Source of the DNA: the human T2T-CHM13v2.0 reference genome, Homo sapiens
Reading direction: 5' to 3' (one strand)
DNA: 64,000 nucleotides
Assembly: GCF_009914755.1 (NCBI RefSeq)
Contig: NC_060927.1
A program made the position numbers and the translations under genes. Of the stretch, positions 54,978 through 64,000 are shown piece by piece (the stretch's first letter is position 1; the number at the start of each line of letters is the position of its first letter). Under the pieces are notes generated by a model, which was given only the letters and a program-made list of their open reading frames with translations, had not been told where the DNA came from and searched no databases.

Positions 54978-55496
54978 TCACTTTTTTCCATGTCTTTCAA
55001 AAGAAAGAAAGTGTGATCCCTTATTGTCTTATTGCTTATTTACTCGGGTATGTTTTATTCATTGAAACATAGTTTATTTGAGACAGAACAGTTTTGCATT
55101 ACTGCTTCTCTGGAATTTTGTGAGATTCTGAAAGAGTTCTGTTCTGAGTCATTCATAAACAACTTAGATATAGTAGAGCCCTGCCATAAAATGGAGTTAA
55201 GAGGTAAGAGTATTATCACAGAGGAAGAAAAAGAGAGGGGCAAATTGTTTATCAGACAAATTAACATTGAGGTGCATAAATATTATTTTAAAAGCCCTTT
55301 GGACCAATGTTATGAATAATATTATATGAGTTTATTTCATTATTTTATGTATACATATGATTGACTCTAATGCATAATTTAGACAACAAAATGATACATC
55401 TAATTTTAAGAAATTAAATATTGCCTGGCTGTCATTGAGTAATTATTCTGCAAATTGACTGAAACAATTTAATTCTCTCCCTTCTGTGCACACTAG

Positions 55497-55578
55497 ATTT
55501 CTGATACTGGCACTTATACTTGTGTGGCTACAAGTTCAAGTGGAGAGACTTCCTGGAGTGCAGTGCTGGATGTGACAG
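55497..55578 (+). CDS. ROBO2: ROBO2 exon 10 (82 nt), C-terminal part of Ig5
   Basis: cacactag|ATT TCT GAT...ACA G|gtgagg; ISDTGTYTCVATSSSGETSWSAVLDVT (DxGxYxC motif). Not in the ORF track. Confidence 0.95.
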
Positions 55579-56012
55579 GTGAGGACTTTGTGAATTAGGA
55601 GAAATCTTGGGCCCCTTTTCTGATAGCTCAATATCAAATAATAAGTTAAGGGGGGATCAAAGTGTTTAATTCACTGAATGTAAATTTTAGCCTTTACATT
55701 CAATGCCATTTTTTAATTCATGCATGAATTTGCACACACCATTACATTTGTGGAATTTAATACACTTGTCTTTGATAACCTTATTATTTTATTTCCTCTG
55801 AAGTGTAAGGAATTCTAATGATCCTATGTAAAAACACAGCTTACTTTTATTAACATGTAGGAGAAGCAAACATTCACTTACATACTTCTGATTCATGGAG
55901 ATGAATTTCTCACTGTCTAGGTCAGGTCCTTTAGTAGACTGCTTCCTTCTTTTAGGCAGTATTGTCAACTTATGCAATCAGGAATGAAGTTTTTTCTGTC
56001 TGTCCTCTATAG

Positions 56013-56175
56013 AGTCTGGAGCAACAATCAGTAAAAACTATGATTTAAGTGACCTGCCAGGGCCACCATCCAAACCGCAGGTCACTGATGTTACTAAGAA
56101 CAGTGTCACCTTGTCCTGGCAGCCAGGTACCCCTGGAACCCTTCCAGCAAGTGCATATATCATTGAGGCTTTCAG
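56013..56175 (+). CDS. ROBO2: ROBO2 exon 11 (163 nt), start of FN3-1
   Basis: ctctatag|AG TCT GGA...TTC AG|gtatgg; (E)SGATISKNYDLSDLPGPPSKPQVTDVTKNSVTLSWQPGTPGTLPASAYIIEAF(S). Confidence 0.95.
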
Positions 56176-57682
56176 GTATGGGACAATTCCTTCTTTCTCC
56201 ACTGGGTTTTGTCTTAGCTCCTTTATTCTAAAATGTCACCTGAACTATCCTGCTGTTTTATTAAAGACATGTCCAATCAATGCATTTTAAGAATTGATCT
56301 CTTCTCTCTGACTTTATTCAAGAACAGAGTTAATTTTTTTTAGTTTACAACTTAATTATAAGATTTAAATATGCATTATTCATGCCTAGGTCTATGGGGA
56401 TCCAGTTCATAACATAATCACTTAGCTCCATTCTTTACCCAGACCATTGTAGGGATTTAAGGTGAGAATTTAGGCATCTGAACTGGGTAGAAAATATTTT
56501 AATTAGGCATAGGCACAGGCACTTTTTAAAGTTATGTGACATTTATTGAAGCAGAGGACTCTGGCATTTATATTCCTAATAATTAGAGCAGAACTTAAAA
56601 TAATCCCAATATTTTTATACCATATATTACATACATCTATTAGATATGCCTGAGAGAAAATTAACAACAATAATTAATAAATTTATTCCATGTGCTTCTA
56701 GTTGCTTAATGGAAAAGATGTTTCCACGTGTTATCTGAAATAATTGTTGCCAATTTAAAGATTTAAATGTAAATTAGCAAATATCAGTATAAAATTGTCC
56801 TATGAAAATTTGATAAAATGCTTACACAAATGGTAAAATATGCTTTCATATTCCCTTTCAAATGTGCTTCTACGTGACAGTATAAATTTTAATGGATAAC
56901 CACTGTTTTTTTTAAACATTAGGACAAATGATCACTTTCTTATAAGCTTCTCTAATCATTATTTAAGGTAATGCTAGGTACTTAATTTTCAAATTTCAAA
57001 ATACTACGTTTCTATCATTCTTATGCGTGGACAGTTAAGCATATCAGAAAAATAAACTGACCACCCTGAAAATTACATTTGCCCTTTCTTCTGAGCAAAA
57101 GTGGCATTTGACCTTAGACAAACTGTTCTAAAATGGCATCCATCTGTGGCTGGCTGTAAATGGGTCCTCACACACAAATTCAGAGAGATTTCACCGTTCT
57201 GAGATGAGAAATCACAATACTGTATAATGTACAATTTTATTAACAATGTAACCAAGGGAAAATATTCATTACCTGCTTCCTCTCTTCTTTTACAGATATG
57301 TAGTTTAGAAGGCTCAGTTATAATATTGCATGTGGAAATGATGCAAAAGAAAACACACCTTGTAACAGGAAAATGTATTGGCATAATTTACTCTGTAGTC
57401 CATTTATTCTTTCTACAGGTTAATTCTTTTCAAGGTATATATATATATACATTTACGAGGACCATACTTATTGTATAAACTTGATGTTGTGATCTTGGCC
57501 TCTGTTCCTTTTACAGGTATTCATTTAGTGGGCTGCTGTGCATTAGCAAAGGGCTGTCACATCTCCTGGGCTGAGTTTAATTTTGTTGTGCATGGCACTT
57601 TTGTTAGGTGGGCTCGGCTTTGTTGTGGAATAAATTGAAATCATCCAAATGTTTCATTTATTGGGCTGAATACTTCAAGTGT

Positions 57683-57702
57683 TGTGTGTGTGTGTGTGTG
57701 TG
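57683..57702 (+). repeat. (TG)10 microsatellite
   Basis: Read directly; ~100 nt upstream of the exon 12 acceptor. Confidence 0.95.
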
Positions 57703-57799
57703 TTTAATTTCCAGCCATTAACCTTTGTCATTGATACCCAACTCCATTTCCAATCTTCAAATGACTGTTCTTTAAATGAAATTTCTGTTCGCGTTTCAG

Positions 57800-57966
57800 C
57801 CAATCAGTGAGCAACAGCTGGCAGACCGTGGCAAACCATGTAAAGACCACCCTCTATACTGTAAGAGGACTGCGGCCCAATACAATCTACTTATTCATGG
57901 TCAGAGCGATCAACCCCCAAGGTCTCAGTGACCCAAGTCCCATGTCAGATCCTGTGCGCACACAAG
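57800..57966 (+). CDS. ROBO2: ROBO2 exon 12 (167 nt), end of FN3-1
   Basis: gtttcag|C CAA TCA...CAA G|gtactt; QSVSNSWQTVANHVKTTLYTVRGLRPNTIYLFMVRAINPQGLSDPSPMSDPVRTQ (FN3 LxPxTxY motif). Confidence 0.96.
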
Positions 57967-58369
57967 GTACTTTCAACAGCTGTCAACAAGACTGGTTCTA
58001 GGCAGAAACATCAGATATTTAAGAACGAGGGGCTTGATGAGGAAATATACATGTGCCTGCATTGCTTTGTATGATGGCTCACTAGGCTTTATCCAGGGAA
58101 GGAGAAGGTAGCTTGCTGTTTATCTTGGTGAGATGTGTTCTCTTTCTGGAGTTTTTGGGTTTATTCAGCAAAAAATAAAAATAATTGGGTACCTCTACGT
58201 CGAATGAATTCACTAAATTAGAGCTTTACTATATTTCAAAGGGAGGAAAATGTTTCTCCTTCTTTAAAATTAATTACACAATAACAGAAAAGTGGTCTTT
58301 AATGAGTAGATGCCCAAATAGAGGTATAAAAATTATGTCCTATTGTTTCGGAATTCTGTTTTTATAGTG

Positions 58370-58535
58370 CAGTCGTTCTCACAGTGTGGTTCCTGGGTAA
58401 GCAGCATCTGCATAGCCTGCAACTGTTAGAAACACACATTTTCAGGCTCAAATTCAAACGCTCTGAGGTTGGGGCCCAGTGTTTGTTTTAACAAACCCTC
58501 CTTGTGATGCTGATGTATAAGTTTTACAACCACTG
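58370..58535. mobile_element. MER5A (hAT-Charlie) MITE
   Basis: cagtcgttctcacagtgtggt...gcagcatc...tgttagaaa...tgttttaacaaaccctcc..gtgatgctgatg...accactg; 8-bp TSD-like ttatagtg/ctacagtg. Confidence 0.82.
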
Positions 58536-61158
58536 CTACAGTGAATTTCGTTAAATCAGATGTTTAAAGGAGCAATTTATTACAGACAGCAGGAAATCAA
58601 GTTTTCTTTCTAAAGAACTCAATTCTTTCGACTATAATGTAAAATACACACAGAGTATTAAAATATAATTTCAAAATGGAAGATTTCATAATTTTATCCT
58701 TATTACCTGTCTCTTCAAACTGAGAAGTCACTGGAGTCTGAGGTTTAATATACAATGCTACATTATAGTTTCCCTTCTGACAAGTAGGAAAAAGAAATTA
58801 ATAAAATAGAAACGGTAATTTTATTATTTGTTATAACCTACTTCCCACAGGGTTCTTCAGAAAGGGTTAATTATTTCTTATTTGTAAAAGACTTTGAACA
58901 AGATATAATTCAAAGTAGTATTTTTATGCAATGAAAAGCACCATACAGCCATAAAATATTATTATAATTACAATGTAGTTCGGTGATAGTAACTAGCATG
59001 CTATTATAACGGAGAAGGGCACCTTAAAGGAATCGACTGAAATAAAGTCACCACGTGACTTTGTAACGTTGCTGACATGATGACAGTCAAGGGAGGAGGA
59101 AATGCCATTTTGCTATTGTTCTCTAAGCAGTAATGTGATTAATTTTCCATGGCGATAAAGGGCCTGTAGGTAAAGAACCTGTCTCTTGAGAAAGAAAAAG
59201 CACAACAAGGAATTTGAAAATCTGAAATTTGAACCTAGTCATATTTTACCTTCCTTAAATCTGATTGCTTTTTACTGTGTTTGAATTAAGTGTGTAAATT
59301 TTATTATTGAACTTAAAATGGAAAATGTGTACAATTTTACGTCAAGAAATTGTAGTACCGTGATCATTTATACCTTTGTGCATAGAAATAGTTTTTGTGT
59401 GTAGCCAGTGAAACGTAGAGAGAGATCAGAATGGGAAGATATTTGGTGTGATTGTATCTGGCAGACCTTTTTGATCATTCGATAACTATGCTAGTCACTA
59501 AATCTTGACTCATAAAATAACTCGCAGTGAAGAGGTCAAGAAAGATTAATGAAAAGTTGTTTGTGGTCTGGTTTGTTCCAATGGAAAGAATATATAGAGT
59601 GAAAGACTTCTGTGCTCTTAACAAATACTTAATAGGAAAACCCACGTGTTGTGTCTGAAGGTCAGGATTATTTTTGGGTACCATACTTTCAGCAGCTTTG
59701 CAATCTGCAAAGCATTTCTTTTTCAAAGAACACTTTGCACTGTGAACTCTTATTTTTCAAAGGTATTAAATAACAGAGAATCTAGAAATCTTTTATTTCA
59801 TTAAAAGTACAAATACTTGGATTATCAGCATCAAAACAGAACATACATATATAGGCATAGATTAATGTTATTCACATAAAGGGACTTTTTTCAAATTAAG
59901 TAAAACTTCATTTTACTGTTTATGTTAAAAATGAAAAAAAAAAAGTAGAACTGGAAAAACATTACCTAAGTATTAGTCTCAATTATTTACGACCCAATTT
60001 AAGTTAGTGCTCCCAATTTAAGTAATAGCTGAGAAATGTTCTTAAAAATACTTTCGCGAGAGTGCTGCATGCATTGTAGCCTGAGATAATAAGAAAAAAC
60101 AGGATTACGAAAATAAATAACTTTAAATTGGACTTCCTTTCTTAAATACAATAGTTGGAGAAAAACAATTCAACAACATTGTGTGCCAGCTTAAAAAGTT
60201 AATCTGAGTATGTGTAAAATTCAATGTTTAATATCAATTTGATGGACTTAGCTGCTTACGATTTATCATTTTTTCTTAATGGACACAGCCTATAATTTAT
60301 CCTTTTTTCTTAATGGACCGAGAATATAAACCATCATATGGAGAAATAGAATAGTACTTAGGAGACTGATGAATAATGTGGCATAACAATGTGTGACTGA
60401 GGGTATAATATTTTAAACATGACCTTTCTTTCTTCCCTTCTCCCCACCACTATTCCTAAACATGTCTGCATGACCTCGTGTCAGGTATTAGAGTACTGCT
60501 CAAAATGTATTACTTTAGAACATGTTATCAGTATTATAACTATTTCTGTCAAAAGTATCTTTGCAAATTTGAGGAGCTGTTTCCCCTCTTCCCCCAACTC
60601 TATTTACCTTTAATGACAGAATTCACTTTCCTAGTCCACCATTACTTCTCCATCCATGCTCCCAGACTGAAGTAGGTCAAGAAGAAAACACAACCTGCAA
60701 ATTGGGACAAGGGATTAACAGGTCCCTTAGCATCAGTTTTTAGATATATCCCAATTTACACATCCAGAAAATCATTCAATACACCAACATCTGTACAAAG
60801 CTGCTCTTTCTAGAGATCTTTCTAGACTTCTGTAGAGAAGTCTTACAGCACATACTTTATCCTTTAGTAATAAAGTAAGTGATCTTATACAACAGTGTGT
60901 CTGCATTTGAATGCGGATGAGGGATTACAAATACTCTTCTATTAGTATATTTTTAATAAAGATCAATATCATCTTTCATTATGTCCTACCACAGTGGTAT
61001 ATTTATATATATAGGCTTAAATGCTTTTTGTCACAAGAGAGTTTTCGTTTTGTTTCCCTGTAATTAGTTCTAAAGACATGAGGTTGATTTACATAAAATA
61101 AATTGTAATTTTAATATGAATTTTTAAAGGTGGGAATGATTCTCTTCTCTAACTGCAG

Positions 61159-61280
61159 ATATCAGCCCACCAGCACAAGGAGTGGACCACAGGCAAGTGC
61201 AGAAAGAGCTAGGAGATGTCCTTGTCCGTCTTCATAATCCAGTTGTGCTGACTCCCACCACGGTTCAGGTCACATGGACG
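61159..61280 (+). CDS. ROBO2: ROBO2 exon 13 (122 nt), start of FN3-2
   Basis: aactgcag|AT ATC AGC...TGG ACG|gtaagc; (D)ISPPAQGVDHRQVQKELGDVLVRLHNPVVLTPTTVQVTWT. Not in the ORF track. Confidence 0.95.
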
Positions 61281-61499
61281 GTAAGCTTTCAAAGGCAATG
61301 TTAATAGTAATCTCTTCTCTTTCGGGAAAGCAAAACATGGAAAATGCAAATGAACAAAGAGTGATAATAAAAATTCCCGCCATTTAAAATCAAGGTGTAA
61401 TCAATGATAGTAAAGAAAATCAACAAATTAAAAAGTTACTAGAATAACCATAGTAAGAATAGATTATTATATAAACATGGCATATCCTGTCTTCTGAAT

Positions 61500-62590
61500 T
61501 TTCTAACAGCTTTCTTGCGATATAATTAGCATACCATAAAGTGAACAACTTCATGATTTTTAGTGTATTTAGAGTTTCTAAATTATCACCAAAATCTAAT
61601 TTTAGAACATTTCATCATCCCCAAATGAAATCCTGTGCCTGTTAACATTGATTCTCTCATTTCCCCTACCGTAGCCCTGTGTAACACTAATCTACTCTAT
61701 GTTTTTGTAGATTTGCCTATTCTGGACCTTTTATATGAGTACAATTGTGCAATATGTGGTCTTTTGTGTCTAGCTTCTTTCACTCTGCATAATGTTTTTG
61801 AGGTTCATCCATGTGGTAGCGCGTATCAGGGCTTTGTTTCTTGTTGTTATCAAATAGTATTCCATTTTATGGATACTTCACATTCTGTTTATTCCTTCTT
61901 CAGTTGATGGATGTTCGGGTTGTTTCCAGTTTTGTCTATTATGAATAATGCTGCCATGAACATTTGAGTACAAGTCTTTGGGTGGACACATGTTTTCATT
62001 TATCTTGGTATAAACCTACAAATTGTTCAGTAATATTGGTAACTCTCCATTTAATATTTTGATAAACTGCCAAAATGCTTTCCAAAGTGGCTATAGCATT
62101 TTCTATTCTCACTAGCAATGTTTCAGTGTTCCAGATTCTCTCAAATCCTTGCCATTTTTTTCTCACATCCTTGCCAACACTTATTATCATCTGCCATTTG
62201 GATTATACCCGTTCTGGTGAGTGTGTAGTGGTATATAATTGTGGTTTTGATTTGCATTTCTTTAATGACTAATCATATTCATCTTCTCATGTCCTAATTG
62301 AACTTTTTTTTTAGAGAAATGTCTATTCAAACTCTTGGTCCATTTTTGGACAAAGAGTTTGTCTTCTTATTGACTTAACAAGTGTTTATATACTCTATTT
62401 TGTTTGTCTTCTTATTATAGACTTATAAGTGTCTATATAGTCTAGATACAAATGCCTTATCAGATACGTAATTTGCAAACATTTTCTCCCAGTTTGGTTA
62501 CTGTAACCCTGTTATGTATTTAAAGTTGAGTGGCATGAAGCCTCCTTCTTCCTTCTTTTTTGCTTAGGATTGCCTTAGCTATTCAGGCTT
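61500..62590 (-). mobile_element. Old L1M (L1MB/MC-like) 3' fragment
   Basis: aacagctttcttgcgatataatt...ctaattttagaacatttcatcatccccaaa...gaggttcatccatgt...tggttttgatttgcatttc. Confidence 0.82.
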
Positions 62591-64000
62591 TTTTTGTTAT
62601 TGTTCCATGTTGTTACTCCTTAAAGCAAACTACATAATCAGTCAAATTATTGGTTTATGAGTACAAAATTGGGTTGTATATATTTTAAAAATAAGACTAA
62701 GTTTATAATATTTTAAGAGTAATTATGATTATTTAGGATTACACTTTCTTATTCCAGTTTTGACATAATTTTGCATAGATTTATTCTATTTTCTGCATAT
62801 ATTGGTTTCTATTCTTCTGTTCCCATGAAGGGAACACAATTACGTTATTATTTTTACAGTGGCACAGTAGGGGGTATTATCTGCCATGCCTTTTCTATCT
62901 TTCAGTACCCTTGAGTAGATACAAAACTAACAAAGCCAAAATACTACGCTGTATTTTTCACAGCGTAGTAGTTTTCCTCATTCTCAATTGAAAAAAGTCT
63001 CTGTTCTGTTGCAAGTTATAAGGCGGATTCTTTTAAGCTGCATCTAAATGTGGGAAGTCTTTGGGTAAGAATCAAAGTCATTATGTTGATGAAGTTAATC
63101 ACTTTAAAGTCACTTAGTTTCAAGAGTAAATAGCATTAGATCAAAATTGCATGACAGCAGACTGGGAGTTCTTCCAGGAGGGGGACGTTGTCTATTCATC
63201 TCTGTACCCCAAGAAGCTATCATTACTAGTTTGCACATCTATCCCCGTCATGGGCTGTAACTTCTGTGAGGCTACAGCCAATTTCTTTCATTTCTGTTTT
63301 TTTCAGAGCAGAGTGTCTATTATGAAGTACTCTTTTTAATAACTGTTTGTTGAATGATCAAATCAGTTGTTTTCATACATTTTACACTTTTTTTAATAGA
63401 AGAAAGAATTCAGTTAATATCACGGCATATTGTTCTCTATGACTTTGTAGTTGCACATGACATAAGTATGCATTTGAAAGAGATAAATTAAGTGAAATAA
63501 AGTCAGACTGGGGTGTGTCCAGTGGTCAAATAATTTGTGTAACTCTTTTATTGATGTAATATTTTTGATTTACTAAATGCATGTGTTATTTAAATTATCA
63601 AAATGTTAGCATTTGCTTTACAGAAGTGTTGGGGTTGAAGGGAGAAATAATTCCCCACCATGTGATTAGGTTTTGGGCCAGCTGAGGAAGTTTCCCAGTG
63701 GTTGGCAGGATTAATGACCAAAGGCACAAGACATAACTACTGTAGAGACCATTCGCTGTCCCCCTTCTCACCAGGCTAAACTTGAAACAATAGTTAGCAA
63801 CAACTGCTTTCTAAAATGGCTGCTTTTAGAATGAGTGTGGGCAAAAATGATAAGAAACCTGCTGTTCCACAAAGAAAAATAGCAATAAGTCACTTACCGA
63901 AAAATGATTATTCTAGCTTTACTTTTTGTCTTTGTTTTGTTCAAGGACAAAAAGAATTACATACTCTTTGCCCATTAAGCATTTTTCCACAGAGATTGAA

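Noticed and set aside
56049-56231. ORF overlapping exon 11
   Set aside because: Wrong frame; the real exon 11 frame is fixed by splice phases and FN3 motifs.

Overview
This is AT-rich, repeat-rich primate (human-like) genomic DNA from the middle of ROBO2 (Roundabout guidance receptor 2), transcribed on the + strand. I read eight constitutive coding exons, numbered 6-13 from memory of the usual ROBO2 numbering. They encode the C-terminal half of Ig3, Ig4, Ig5, FN3-1 and the start of FN3-2, and they splice into one uninterrupted frame at GT-AG sites. A 12-nt in-frame microexon (20250-20261, known as e6b and NOVA-regulated) is invisible to the ORF track. The rest is intron, containing Alu, L1, L2, MIR, THE1, MLT1, MER34/39-like, MER44, MER5A and a near full-length Tigger1 fossil. 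There are no prokaryotic features (no CRISPR, rRNA or tRNA seen), and I found no wholly new gene system. The most interesting signals concern RNA processing: the microexon and its YCAY/AG-exclusion architecture, recursive-splice-like AG|GTATGA sites, a cryptic-acceptor cluster beside a UG repeat, a tandem acceptor at exon 9 and possible intronic-polyadenylated soluble isoforms. There is also an unexplained ~440-bp nested palindrome near the window start. Repeat subfamily calls and boundaries were made by eye and are approximate.
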